IMG/VR virus record: IMGVR_UViG_3300029381_000501
Strand: one strand, 5' to 3'
Length of the DNA stretch: 64,000 nt
Source: a virus
In this document: in pieces, positions 35,725-45,573 of the stretch
Layout: each line of letters begins with the position of its first letter
How positions within the stretch are numbered: position 1 is the stretch's first letter
Notes under the pieces: model-generated
Databases searched by the model: none
What the model saw: only the letters and a program-made list of their open reading frames with translations
Told to the model about the DNA's origin: nothing
Position numbers and translations under genes: made by a program

Positions 35725-37749
35725 TTATGCTGTTTGATAATACTGATTATTCATGTTCATAGCCTGTGCCACTGCGTTCTGGTCTGCACCCTGTACGATG
35801 CCGTTTTCTACCTGTCCACCTCCCTGCTGCTGAGCCATCGCTTGTTGCTGCTGGTACATCTGTTCCAACTGTGCCTGCTGTTTCTGCACGCTGGCAAGAA
35901 GCTTGTCGGCAAATGGTTTGTTCACGTTCTGCAAGTACTGAATCAAGTTGATTGCACGCATCTGCAGTAACTCCTTCAAGTCATCATTCTGTAAGGTGTT
36001 GTAGGCAGCAGATGCCGCTGCATTCTTGATGCTTATCTTGAAGTGAATGTCTCTTGCTGATAGTCTGTCGTAACTGTAGGTGTTCAGACCGTCCTTGTTG
36101 AAAATCTTTCTTCCGTCCTCGTAGAACTGCTGGATAACTGAGCACTTTTTCATTGCCAGCTTCTCCGTAAAGATCTCCATGTCGGATAGGATAGTGTAGA
36201 GCGAAGTGGTTGCGTTCTGACTCTCCTGAGCATATCTTGCAGCCGACGTACCAGCCGAAGGAGTCTTGCCCTGCAAGGCACCGCTTACGTTGGTTACCTC
36301 TCTGATAAGGTTCAGTTCTATCTGTAAGAGTTCGTTGGTTCCGATATTTACCGCATTCGAAGTAATAATCTCTGGCTTCACGTTTGGCATTGTTCTCTTT
36401 GGTGTATAGAATATCCATCCATCGTATTCTATTGCCTCTTCCATGAACTGCTCTGGTGTCCTTCCACCCAGTACGGTTGTAGGAATCATCTTGAATCCCT
36501 TAAAGCTGCTTCTGATACTCATGTCATTCATCACAATCAGGCGGTTGATGTAGCGCTGCTGATCTATCACGTTGGTCATGAACGGATGAATCTCTCCGTT
36601 GATGAAAGGATAAAGCTTCATGGTGTATGGGTGGCTCTTGAAATCGTAAGGAGATTCACCACGGCAAAGCACCGTACCGTCAGGAGCCATGAAGGTGTAG
36701 TACCAGTATTTATCTGAAAGATCTTCCGATGTAATATAGGCACGGTCTTCTTCCGGCACACCGTATTCGTCATACTGCTTCTTTCGCTTCTCGTTCTCCA
36801 GAATCAGCTTGTTTATCATTGCCGTATCTTCCAAATCCACACGGAACCAAGCATTGTTCATGTTCTTGGCAATAGGGTCGAAGCACTGCAGTCTCGGTTT
36901 GGTTTCCGTGGTCCATACCTCAATCACTCTTACGTAGTGTCTTCCCTTGTTGGTATAATCGAAGCTGAGATTTTCCAAAGCCTTCTCTTCGTTAAACTCG
37001 TAGCCATAACTGCTATCATCTACATCATGAATGTCAAAGATACAGTTCAAGTCATTAACCGTCAATCCGTATTCCCTGCGGGCAAACTTCTGATACAAGT
37101 CTTCCTTGCTTACGTCATGCAGACAGCCTATCAGACAAACGTCATTGTGTCTTGGGTCACTTCCGCATTCGAAGAACATGTGGTCAGGTTCCATTGCGTC
37201 CGTCCAAGCATCAGGCATTTCCAGTTCTCGGTCTTCCCAGCTCTCCCTCACAAACATCTGACCGCCCTGCAGGTAGTCCTTGATGAGGTGATTCAGCAAA
37301 TCCTGCATACCGGTGGTCTGCCAGTTGCATTGCATCGTAGCACTCATCATGTCGCTCAGTTGTCGGGAGTCATTATCTCTTGCAAAGCATACTGGTTCCG
37401 TGCCCTGCTTGGCATAGAGTCCTGCGATGGATTCCAAGATACTGATCATGATGTTGTTGCTCATAGGGGTCTGGTTGCGCCGCTCCATATAGGTGCGCTC
37501 CGTCATTTCCTCCCAGTAGCCATGATGATACACCCTGATGGTGTCGCTCCATTGGTCTCCGTTGCAGTATCTCATCGTTCTTGCTCGGGTCTCCCTCACG
37601 CCGCTCAGATTGTTCCAGGCATTCTTGCATCGGGTCAGCAGTTCCCAGTCCTTTCCGTGCTCCTGCCGCTTCTTTCGAGCTTTCACGGAATCGTATCTGT
37701 TGCGCTGAGGCATCACCTTGCTAAGTGTTAATAATTTCGCCTTAACCAT
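35725..37749 (-). CDS. Portal protein candidate
   Basis: 674 aa; first gene of the minus-strand packaging operon, divergent from scaffold/MCP; Q-rich helical C-terminus. Confidence 0.4.
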   Translation of the reverse strand: MVKAKLLTLSKVMPQRNRYDSVKARKKRQEHGKDWELLTRCKNAWNNLSGVRETRARTMRYCNGDQWSDTIRVYHHGYWEEMTERTYMERRNQTPMSNNIMISILESIAGLYAKQGTEPVCFARDNDSRQLSDMMSATMQCNWQTTGMQDLLNHLIKDYLQGGQMFVRESWEDRELEMPDAWTDAMEPDHMFFECGSDPRHNDVCLIGCLHDVSKEDLYQKFARREYGLTVNDLNCIFDIHDVDDSSYGYEFNEEKALENLSFDYTNKGRHYVRVIEVWTTETKPRLQCFDPIAKNMNNAWFRVDLEDTAMINKLILENEKRKKQYDEYGVPEEDRAYITSEDLSDKYWYYTFMAPDGTVLCRGESPYDFKSHPYTMKLYPFINGEIHPFMTNVIDQQRYINRLIVMNDMSIRSSFKGFKMIPTTVLGGRTPEQFMEEAIEYDGWIFYTPKRTMPNVKPEIITSNAVNIGTNELLQIELNLIREVTNVSGALQGKTPSAGTSAARYAQESQNATTSLYTILSDMEIFTEKLAMKKCSVIQQFYEDGRKIFNKDGLNTYSYDRLSARDIHFKISIKNAAASAAYNTLQNDDLKELLQMRAINLIQYLQNVNKPFADKLLASVQKQQAQLEQMYQQQQAMAQQQGGGQVENGIVQGADQNAVAQAMNMNNQYYQTA

Positions 37750-37779
37750 ATTTGTTTACACATTATTAATTTATAGGCG

Positions 37780-37822
37780 CAAAAATAGTCTTAAATCCCT
37801 TTTTCTTTGCCGTGTTTCCGTG
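37780..37822 (-). promoter_or_regulatory. Late-type promoter of the portal/terminase operon: CACGGAAACACGG (rc of 37810-37822) with 22-nt spacer to TATTTTTG (-7, rc of 37780-37787)
   Basis: Same element and spacing as at the lysis and scaffold operons. Confidence 0.5.
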
Positions 37823-37836
37823 TGTTTGCCTATTGT

Positions 37837-37879
37837 CACGGAAACACGGAAATATAATTGCATTTTCTTTGCATCTTTG
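37837..37879 (+). promoter_or_regulatory. Late-type promoter of the scaffold/capsid operon: CACGGAAACACGGAAA (37837-37852) with 22-nt spacer to CATCTTTG (37872-37879); the two divergent elements form a perfect 13-bp inverted repeat separated by 14 bp
   Basis: Read directly in the sequence. Confidence 0.5.
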
Positions 37880-37905
37880 CGGCAACGTTTCAAACAGTTT
37901 AAGAT

Positions 37906-38703
37906 ATGACAAAGGAAGAATTAGAACAGATGAATGCAGGTGGAGAATCTGAACAGCAGGTTTCTTCACCCGAACAGGCTGCGGAAGAGACTCCCCCGGT
38001 AGAGGAGCGCCCTAACCGCAAGGCTTTCTCCGACCGATTCAAGAAGCGTCATGCTGACATTGATTTCGAGGACAAGGAAGCTCGTTATGCGGCTATGAAT
38101 GATGATGCTGATTTGCTCGGACGATACGAGGAAAGCGGTAAGGCGTTGTCTAAGGTGTTCGATAAACACAAGTGGCTTGCTGCTCTGGCGATGGACATGG
38201 AAAAGAATCCGGATGATAATCCGTTTGATGCGATGGCTCGCTTGGGTATTGACGTGAAGACCTTGCTTGATGATCCCGAAGGCGGCAAGAAACTTGCTGA
38301 GATTCTCGCCAAGCACAACGAGGACGTGGCTGAACAGAATGAAGCAACCGAAAGGGTTACGGAAAACATGCGCAAGTCTATCGAGCGCTTGGTTAAGCTC
38401 TACCCAGACGATGCACACGATATGTGGAAGCAGATTTACGAGATTCACGACAAGGTGGAGAGCGGTGACATCCCAGATGATGTTTGGAAGATGCTCCATA
38501 ATGCCAACAACTACGATTCTGACATTTCCTCTGCCCGAGACGAGGCGGCTATGCAGGCAAGAAACGAGAAGATTCAGAATAAGGTCCGCTCTTCTGCAAC
38601 AGAGGGTATTCCTCCTTCACTTTCTAGTTCGGGTGCCGGAAACGAGCCAGCTAAGAAGAAAACTAAGAAGAGAGCATCCAGCTTCTTTGATGATATTGGT
38701 TAA
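37906..38703 (+). CDS. Scaffolding protein candidate
   Basis: 265 aa, highly acidic/helical, directly upstream of the capsid gene. Confidence 0.45.
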   Translation: MTKEELEQMNAGGESEQQVSSPEQAAEETPPVEERPNRKAFSDRFKKRHADIDFEDKEARYAAMNDDADLLGRYEESGKALSKVFDKHKWLAALAMDMEKNPDDNPFDAMARLGIDVKTLLDDPEGGKKLAEILAKHNEDVAEQNEATERVTENMRKSIERLVKLYPDDAHDMWKQIYEIHDKVESGDIPDDVWKMLHNANNYDSDISSARDEAAMQARNEKIQNKVRSSATEGIPPSLSSSGAGNEPAKKKTKKRASSFFDDIG

Positions 38704-38737
38704 CACAAGATTATTAATCCATAAATATAAGTATAAA

Positions 38738-40423
38738 ATGAAGAAAGTAATTAATTATTTTTCTAATCGTCAGTTCATCTTTAAGATGATTCTGATGCTT
38801 CTTGCTGTTGTTACAGGTGGTGGCGCAATGGCTGTTGGTGATGATGTTGAACCAGACTTGAACGAGCCAGGTTCTAAGCCTGCAACAACCGAAGAGACAG
38901 CTGCCAATGAGCAGGTAGATAAGGATAAGAACGACTTGCTTGCCCCTGGCGGTAAAACTGCTGGTCAGTCTTTGACTGGTACGCAGGCTTCTGCTACACA
39001 GATGGACCGAGGCGGTCTTGAAGAGGAAGACTGGGACACGGGTGAAACCAAGTTCCGCCCATATCATACACCTCTCCTTTCTATTGTTAAGAAGTTTACA
39101 ACTACAGTTCCTTGTACTGGCTACAAGAAGAAGCACGCTCGTTATGGTGGCGAGACCTTGGACGGTGAGGTTACACAGCCAATTACTGCCGGTGCTTCCA
39201 TCAAGCTTACCAAGACCAACTTCTCAGGCTCTTTGAAGCCATTCTACGAGGGTTCTACTGCTATCGTTCCTACCGTAGCTGGTTATAAGCGTGGCTCTAC
39301 TACAGTTCGTGAGGGTCGTTTGGTTCTCTTTGTTACCAGCGCCAATAAGTCAGGTACTGAGGTTACATTGCAGGCTATCAATGGTAAGGCTAATGAGGAG
39401 AATGCCGATTGCGAGTTCTTGGAAAACATGACTTGCCCGGATATTCCTGTTGGTACAGTTATTTTGGCAGCTTCTACAGCGCTCTCTGAGTCTCAGATGA
39501 AGGTTCCTGCTGAGAACTATCAGCCACGTTCTGCCGATGTTTATCTCCAGAAGCGAGCGTTCTCTATCGTCTTCACCGAGGACTTCGAGACCATGAAGAA
39601 GAAGATTCCTCATACCGTGAAGGATATGAAGGAAGATGCACTCAACAAGTACAAGATGCGTGCTGAGCGTTCTTACTGGATGGGTACCAAGGCTCGTATT
39701 CATTCTACCACCAATGATGGTGCTGATGAGTACACCTACTTCGCAGATGGTATCTTGAATCAGCTGACCAACCAGTATGGTATCGGTGAGGTTTACAAGT
39801 ACGAGGATCTGACAGCTATCAGCATGTTGATGTTTACTGACTTCTCTGAGTCTGACCACATCTACATGTTCTGTGGCAAGAATGCCATCAAGCGCCTGAT
39901 GAACATTGAAATCCCTAAGGGTCGCACCGAAGTTCTTTCTACCCACAAGGAAATTGACATTACCTTCTCTCGCTACGTTGACAACTACGGTACTATTGAT
40001 TTCGTTTGGGATCAGACTCTTGACATGATGCACATGGAAGACTGCATGGTTGGTATGGACTTGAAGGGTGCTCGCCACTACGTGAAGGAGAAGGGCAAGG
40101 ATAAGACCAATGATATGAGCAAGGATGGCTACGACCCACGTGAGGCTAAGCGATACATGCACATTGAGGCAGATTGTATTGCTCTTCGTGGCTACAACTC
40201 TATCCTGGTTGGTCCAGAAGCATTCATCACCAACCTTGGTGTTACTGGCATCGTGAACAGCATTATATCTCTGAAGACTCTCCCAGATACTGCTTCCAAG
40301 GGCATGAAGGTGGCTTTGACAGAGGATTACACCAAGGATGAGACAACCTACGAGAAGGGCAAGGTTTACGAGTACGATGGTACTAAGTGGAACTTGTATG
40401 CCGGCATGGACGTTGCTGCATAA
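38738..40423 (+). CDS. Major capsid protein candidate
   Basis: 561 aa starting at ATG 38738 (the ORF track extends it upstream in frame across the scaffold gene); follows the scaffold; strong terminator-like hairpin downstream. Confidence 0.5.
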   Translation: MKKVINYFSNRQFIFKMILMLLAVVTGGGAMAVGDDVEPDLNEPGSKPATTEETAANEQVDKDKNDLLAPGGKTAGQSLTGTQASATQMDRGGLEEEDWDTGETKFRPYHTPLLSIVKKFTTTVPCTGYKKKHARYGGETLDGEVTQPITAGASIKLTKTNFSGSLKPFYEGSTAIVPTVAGYKRGSTTVREGRLVLFVTSANKSGTEVTLQAINGKANEENADCEFLENMTCPDIPVGTVILAASTALSESQMKVPAENYQPRSADVYLQKRAFSIVFTEDFETMKKKIPHTVKDMKEDALNKYKMRAERSYWMGTKARIHSTTNDGADEYTYFADGILNQLTNQYGIGEVYKYEDLTAISMLMFTDFSESDHIYMFCGKNAIKRLMNIEIPKGRTEVLSTHKEIDITFSRYVDNYGTIDFVWDQTLDMMHMEDCMVGMDLKGARHYVKEKGKDKTNDMSKDGYDPREAKRYMHIEADCIALRGYNSILVGPEAFITNLGVTGIVNSIISLKTLPDTASKGMKVALTEDYTKDETTYEKGKVYEYDGTKWNLYAGMDVAA

Positions 40424-40448
40424 GGCATCTTTTTCATCTTTAACATAT

Positions 40449-40492
40449 AAATCACGCAGAGGGGCAGAAGTTAATAGCCCTGTCCCTTTGTT
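40449..40492 (+). terminator. Hairpin AGGGGCAG...CTGTCCCT + TTGTTATT after the capsid gene
   Basis: GC stem then T-rich tract. Confidence 0.35.
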
Positions 40493-40508
40493 ATTAAAAT
40501 AGAAAATA

Positions 40509-40943
40509 ATGATTAAGACATATAGATATAACGAGCTGTGTAATAATGTAAGCCTTACGATTTCCGGTGCTGGCGGTAATTCTATGCGCTACAACTTTAC
40601 TCATGGCAACACTTACATGCGCAAATGCCCAGAGGTTACTCTTCGCAACAAATATGCGCAAGACCTTTTGGATAACCATGAATTGGTAAGGAGCGGAAAG
40701 GTTACTTGTATTCGTACAACTCTTGAAGAGGCGGATATTGTGCAGGAAGAGGCGCTTGTAAATGAGCATGCAAAGAAGCCTGCAAAGAAAGCTCAGAAGG
40801 AGGAGGTATCTGGCATTCGCACAGCCGAAGAGGTTATCAATTACGTAAATAGCCGTTTTGACAAGGATTGCAGAACCCTTGAAACTGCCATGAAGCATGC
40901 AGACAAGGCTGGTCTTGTTTTCCCTGATTACGGCAAGGAGTAA
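40509..40943 (+). CDS. Hypothetical virion protein
   Basis: 144-aa ORF. Confidence 0.35.
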   Translation: MIKTYRYNELCNNVSLTISGAGGNSMRYNFTHGNTYMRKCPEVTLRNKYAQDLLDNHELVRSGKVTCIRTTLEEADIVQEEALVNEHAKKPAKKAQKEEVSGIRTAEEVINYVNSRFDKDCRTLETAMKHADKAGLVFPDYGKE

Positions 40944-40961
40944 CATATATAATAAGGTGAA

Positions 40962-41618
40962 ATGAAGGTAGAAGACATCATAAAGGCAGTCCGTTGGTGC
41001 ATAGACGAGGAATCCAACAACTTCTCATCAATCACAGATGAGAAGGATGATTTGTATATGGACAACATCATCAAGGCAAAAATCAACGATGCCCTGCATT
41101 GGATTGCCGTTACCGCATCATCCTCTGCAGCATTGGCTGATTCCAAGAAGATAGGTACTTCTTCTGCCACCCTCCAAGTACAGGACTACGATACCCAGAG
41201 AAGCATCGGAGTAGTCACGATGGATGCCAATACCGAGGTAATCAATATCTCTCGCATTCGTGGCAATGGCTGGTTCAAGGCAGTAGTGCCTATAGAAGAT
41301 ACTCAAGATGAGGCTGTCATGATGTTTGATGATACGGCAAAGGGAACTATCGACCGACCACAGGCGGCTATTATGCGTGAGAATCCTCTGAAAATCCTCT
41401 TGCAGCCCAAGCCTACGGAAGCGGTCATTTCCTTTGTGGGTGTTCCGAAGAACGTAAGCACGTCCGATTCTACAGATGTAGCTATCCCGGACCGCTTGAA
41501 GAATGCCTTCATCTACTATCTCGCCTTTTTATTGCTTTCAGCCTACGATGATACCAAGGCTACGCAAATGTACACGATAGCCTTGCAGCAGCTAGGCGTT
41601 AGTCAAACATCAAAATAA
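40962..41618 (+). CDS. Hypothetical virion protein
   Basis: 218-aa ORF. Confidence 0.35.
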   Translation: MKVEDIIKAVRWCIDEESNNFSSITDEKDDLYMDNIIKAKINDALHWIAVTASSSAALADSKKIGTSSATLQVQDYDTQRSIGVVTMDANTEVINISRIRGNGWFKAVVPIEDTQDEAVMMFDDTAKGTIDRPQAAIMRENPLKILLQPKPTEAVISFVGVPKNVSTSDSTDVAIPDRLKNAFIYYLAFLLLSAYDDTKATQMYTIALQQLGVSQTSK

Positions 41619-41625
41619 TGAAATC

Positions 41626-41904
41626 ATGGAGTATGTATCTACGAATTATAGCGAAGAAGAACTGGCATGGGTCTCCCCGGAGATAACCTTGCAGCGTGAC
41701 ATCTACCTGATGATTACGCTCAAGCGCCCAGGAAAGCTGGTAATCAGACAGGATAGGGGCGATGGCAAGAAGCCTCGGGTTCCCATTCGTGCCCACAAGA
41801 ACACCAGCGAGTTCAAACTTCGCCTTCGGGTGATTCCCGAAACCAGAAAGATTCAGATATTCACTTCATCAGAACCAAAAGAAATCAAATATGCCTACAT
41901 TTAG
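41626..41904 (+). CDS. Hypothetical protein
   Basis: 92-aa ORF. Confidence 0.3.
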   Translation: MEYVSTNYSEEELAWVSPEITLQRDIYLMITLKRPGKLVIRQDRGDGKKPRVPIRAHKNTSEFKLRLRVIPETRKIQIFTSSEPKEIKYAYI

Positions 41905-42388
41905 AGATGATCCAAAAATGGGCGGCTTGATGCCATTAATTAAGACTGACGACATTAATGACCAAGCCGTCACCACAGATAAGATACGTGACGACTGCGT
42001 GAGTGGAAGAAAAATCCAAAAGGGAACTATAGAATTGTATCATCTGAGTGCTATGCTTGCTAGTATTCTGAAAGCTGCCATAGGGTTGCCTGAGGATTTG
42101 ATTAATCAAATGACTTATCTTTATAAGAAAATCAATGAAATACAGCCCATATCGGAAGATGATATTGACAAGATTACAGAAGGAAGTTATGTTCCCGAGG
42201 ATGAAGAAACGTCTCCTCCTCCAGCTTCTCTTAATGAAAAAGTTGAAGTACTTGAGAAGAAGGTCAAGACCAATGAAAATGACAACTCTTACACTCGTCT
42301 GAAATTGGATTCATTCATTGATTCTGATTTAACTGCAGAGCAGGTTAATGATTTGTTGGATAAGCAAAATGATAATATTAATATTTAA
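41891..42388 (+). CDS. Hypothetical protein
   Basis: 165-aa ORF. Confidence 0.3.
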   Translation: MPTFRDDPKMGGLMPLIKTDDINDQAVTTDKIRDDCVSGRKIQKGTIELYHLSAMLASILKAAIGLPEDLINQMTYLYKKINEIQPISEDDIDKITEGSYVPEDEETSPPPASLNEKVEVLEKKVKTNENDNSYTRLKLDSFIDSDLTAEQVNDLLDKQNDNINI

Positions 42389-42400
42389 TTTTTAAGTTTT

Positions 42401-43072
42401 ATGGCTGAGTATAATTATTTAAGTAAAACTGGTTTGACTGCACTTTGGAACAAGTGCAAGAGTGTGTTTGTTAAGGCTTCTGAAAAGGGCAAGGCTAATG
42501 GTGTTGCTACACTTGATGGCAATGGTAATGTACCTTTGACTCAGTTGGGCAACATTGATACCACCTTTGCGGAAGTAGTTACAGAACTCCCTTCAACTGG
42601 TATCAAGAAGCATATCTACATGATGAAGGCTGGCACCACTGGTGACAAGAACGTCTATGCAGAGTATGTCTATACTGGTGATATTGCTGGCACTTACGAT
42701 GCAACCAAGTGGGAGAAACTGGGCGAGGCTACTACAACGGTTGACTTGTCTGGCTACGTGAAGACCACAACGTTTACAACTGAACTTGGCAAGAAGGTTG
42801 ACAAGGTTAGTGGTAAGCAGCTTTCTACCAACGACTATACCACTGCCGAGAAGAACAAACTGGCTGGAATTGCAGAGAGAGCTAACAACTATGTTCACCC
42901 TACCAGTGCAGCTGGAGCCAAGGCTTCTGGTCTGTATAAGATCACAACAGATGCCAATGGTCACGTTACTGCTGCCACTGTTGTTGCTAAAGCAGACATT
43001 ACCGGTCTTGGTATTCCTGCAAGTTCTGACTTTGTTGAGATTACGGAGGAGTTCATCAACTCGCTGACTTAA
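42401..43072 (+). CDS. Tail fibre protein (short)
   Basis: N-terminal 'TGLTALWNKCK' anchor motif shared with the next gene; 'LSTNDYTTAEKNKLAGI' tail-fibre repeat motif. Confidence 0.5.
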   Translation: MAEYNYLSKTGLTALWNKCKSVFVKASEKGKANGVATLDGNGNVPLTQLGNIDTTFAEVVTELPSTGIKKHIYMMKAGTTGDKNVYAEYVYTGDIAGTYDATKWEKLGEATTTVDLSGYVKTTTFTTELGKKVDKVSGKQLSTNDYTTAEKNKLAGIAERANNYVHPTSAAGAKASGLYKITTDANGHVTAATVVAKADITGLGIPASSDFVEITEEFINSLT

Positions 43073-43087
43073 CGGTGTCTTTTCTAT

Positions 43088-43143
43088 GAACTTTAGTCCA
43101 AGCATAAACTCTGGGTGTAATATCCAGGTTTATGCACTAAAGT
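43088..43143. repeat. Long near-perfect hairpin/inverted repeat (AACTTTAGT..GCATAAAC..CTGG / CCAG..GTTTATGC..ACTAAAGTT) between the two tail-fibre genes
   Basis: More than 20 bp pair; no T-run follows. Confidence 0.6.
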
Positions 43144-43183
43144 TATAGTAGAGCCAAATTGTTTTACTTAAAAATTATATACA

Positions 43184-44692
43184 ATGAAGATATTAACTGA
43201 TACTGGTTTAATGGTGCTTTGGAACAAGATTAAGCAGCTTGTTCTGGGCAACCGTCCATATAACCCTTCCGAGTTTTCCGGCAAGGGCTATAAGGTGCTG
43301 GAGAAAAATATCCAGACCGTTGGTGGCGTTAAGAAGAACATCCTAACGGCAATTATGCTAAGTGAAGCCAATACCATCTATGAAATCAGGTATGACTTTG
43401 ACTTGAATGGGGAGACTATTGAGATGCAGGAGGGATGTACCTTGAAGTTTTGTGGGGGTAGCTTGAAGAATGGTACATTAAAAGGTAATAATTCGATTAT
43501 TGATTCTCGTTGTGTTCAAATATTTAATGAAGCTTTTGTGATAAACGGCTCTTGGAATGTTCATGAAGCATATCCGGAATGGTTTGGGGCTGTAGGGGAT
43601 GGAAATGTTGATGATACTAAGGCTATTCAAAAAACATTTGATACTTTTGATCTCATAAGATTATCTCGAAAAGAGTATAAAGTTGAAACGATAGATCAAA
43701 AAGGTGTAGTTCTTAATCTGCCAAAGAATAAACATCTTATAGGAATGGATATTGACCATAATGCAGAGAATACAATATACACTCTTCATTGCGAGAACCC
43801 TAATGCAAAAGTAATTCTTCAAATAAATAGTGGATGTATTGTTGAAAATATTACTTTGAGAGGTGTTTCACAAAAGGCATCATACAATACCTATAATGAT
43901 GCACTTCACGGTTTTTGTTGTATTAAAACAAATGGAGAATGCAATAGAATTACTTTAACAGAAGTTCAATGTTTATCTGGAGATGTGGGGTTTTTCCTTA
44001 TGGCCTATCTCACCAATATTGATCATTGTTATTCATTTTATAACAAAATAGGATTTGCAATAACAGGAAATATTTCAGAAGACGGAAGTCTAAAAGTAGA
44101 AAATACTACAATAAATATGAGAACTTGTTATTGTATATATTGTAATATGTGTGCCTTTTATATAAAGGGAATCATATATTCTAATTTTGAAAATCTTGCA
44201 GCAGATGGGTGTGGACATGAGTTAAAGGCTATCAATTCATGGGATGATGTTAAAGCTCCATACTATCTTGAATCTCTTAAAGCTGTAAACTTTCTTTCTA
44301 TAGGAGCTGAATCATCATTGAAAATGATTATGACATATAGCTGTATTAATATTGGACTCTATAATATTAATTTTACTTATGGCTTTCATTCAAACAAACA
44401 ACTTGGAGGAACCTATACTCCTGGACATTTATTTGAATTTAAGTTTAGCTATATTAGAATGGTTGACACTTATTTAAATATTGGCGGAGTTGACACTAAC
44501 AAAATAAAAACCTTACTAGAAAGCAATACTAATGCTCCTTTAATTTATATTGAAGATAATAAAACTTCTTATATCAAATATAGATTTTATGGATTGGTAG
44601 AAAGACTTAAAAGAGAAAATATAAAACTAGGAGGTGCTGTAAATACAAATAATGTTTATATAGAAGACTATATTGTTAGTGATAACACCTAA
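43184..44692 (+). CDS. Tail spike / tail fibre with pectate-lyase-like beta-helix
   Basis: N-terminal 'TGLMVLWNKIK' anchor motif; 'GAVGDGNVDDTKAIQKTFD' is typical of pectate-lyase-fold tailspikes; the gene becomes strongly AT-rich from ~43480. Confidence 0.5.
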   Translation: MKILTDTGLMVLWNKIKQLVLGNRPYNPSEFSGKGYKVLEKNIQTVGGVKKNILTAIMLSEANTIYEIRYDFDLNGETIEMQEGCTLKFCGGSLKNGTLKGNNSIIDSRCVQIFNEAFVINGSWNVHEAYPEWFGAVGDGNVDDTKAIQKTFDTFDLIRLSRKEYKVETIDQKGVVLNLPKNKHLIGMDIDHNAENTIYTLHCENPNAKVILQINSGCIVENITLRGVSQKASYNTYNDALHGFCCIKTNGECNRITLTEVQCLSGDVGFFLMAYLTNIDHCYSFYNKIGFAITGNISEDGSLKVENTTINMRTCYCIYCNMCAFYIKGIIYSNFENLAADGCGHELKAINSWDDVKAPYYLESLKAVNFLSIGAESSLKMIMTYSCINIGLYNINFTYGFHSNKQLGGTYTPGHLFEFKFSYIRMVDTYLNIGGVDTNKIKTLLESNTNAPLIYIEDNKTSYIKYRFYGLVERLKRENIKLGGAVNTNNVYIEDYIVSDNT

Positions 44693-44718
44693 GTTTATAT
44701 AGAGAAATAATGTCAATT

Positions 44719-44755
44719 AAACTGTGTCAAGCAATTTTTGACACAGTTTAAATTA
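44719..44755 (+). terminator. Perfect 12-bp hairpin AAACTGTGTCAA...TTGACACAGTTT + T/A-rich tract after the tail-spike gene
   Basis: Read directly in the sequence. Confidence 0.5.
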
Positions 44756-44774
44756 CACCCCCAGCTTTTTCTTT

Positions 44775-44951
44775 AAGACTCTCCTAAAACTATTGGGGCA
44801 TTTGTATAGTCTTTTCCATTTAAAAGAATAACATTGTGCATTTTAGTACTTCTTTCAAAAGTATAAGGTTCTTCAGATTTTGGGAGAAATCTAGCATATT
44901 TGACAATAGCATCATATTCTAGATTATTAAAATAACCTTTAACAATGATCA
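44775..44951 (-). CDS. Hypothetical 58-aa protein in the AT-rich insert (below the ORF-track cutoff)
   Basis: ATG...TAA ORF (MIIVKGYFNNLEYDAIVKYARFLPKSEEPYTFERSTKMHNVILLNGKDYTNAPIVLGES) in a ~30% GC island. Confidence 0.25.
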
Positions 44952-45120
44952 TATTAATTTATTTTATTTGGAGCCGCCACCTCACTCCTAAACATTATGG
45001 CTGAGGTAATCATCTGATTACACAGCAAAGATACTTAGTTTTGATGAGGTGAGCAAGTCAATAAGTATTTTACTTACAATTTAAATATAGAAATACTTAT
45101 TTCCTATGTAAGTAAAGGCA

Positions 45121-45160
45121 TCTATATGTAAAGAAGAAGGATGAGTCGAAAGACTCACCC
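45121..45160 (-). terminator. Hairpin GGGTGAGTC-tttc-GACTCATCC + T-rich tract overlapping the stop of the 45155-45535 gene
   Basis: 9-bp stem with one mismatch. Confidence 0.4.
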
Positions 45161-45535
45161 TTTTCTTCTGTAGCAAGCCTGTACCAATCCACCAAGCAAA
45201 TAGCAAGCCTCCTCACCATACATATTTATCAAGAACTGTTCGGAAATATGCTGAACCACATGCAGCATTTCGTGGCTGAGGCTGTTCATGTATTCAGCCT
45301 TTGAAGTAGCCCATCCAATAACAACTACCGATTTACGAACATCAACGTTAGAGTAGGTGATACCCTTGTTAGGCTCACCTTCGAGCACGAGATTACAGGC
45401 ATCTTCGAGAGGAATGCCGCTGCACCCTAAATCCCGAAGATGCCTTCTTGCCTTCATGGCATCCTTTGAGTGAACATCGCACATTACGTGTACGGTCCAG
45501 TCATACCTATCTATGTAAATTTCCTGCTCAGTCAC
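45155..45535 (-). CDS. Small HExxH zinc-metallopeptidase-like protein
   Basis: 'SLSHEMLHVVQHISEQ' HExxH with a downstream Glu ('GEEACY'). Confidence 0.35.
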   Translation of the reverse strand: MTEQEIYIDRYDWTVHVMCDVHSKDAMKARRHLRDLGCSGIPLEDACNLVLEGEPNKGITYSNVDVRKSVVVIGWATSKAEYMNSLSHEMLHVVQHISEQFLINMYGEEACYLLGGLVQACYRRKG

Positions 45536-45573
45536 TCTCTAACTTAACATTTAACATTCAACACTTAACATTA

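Noticed and set aside
38267-38737. Upstream in-frame extension of the capsid ORF overlapping the scaffold gene
   Set aside because: The extension overlaps the entire 3' half of the scaffold gene; the ATG at 38738 follows the scaffold stop with appropriate spacing
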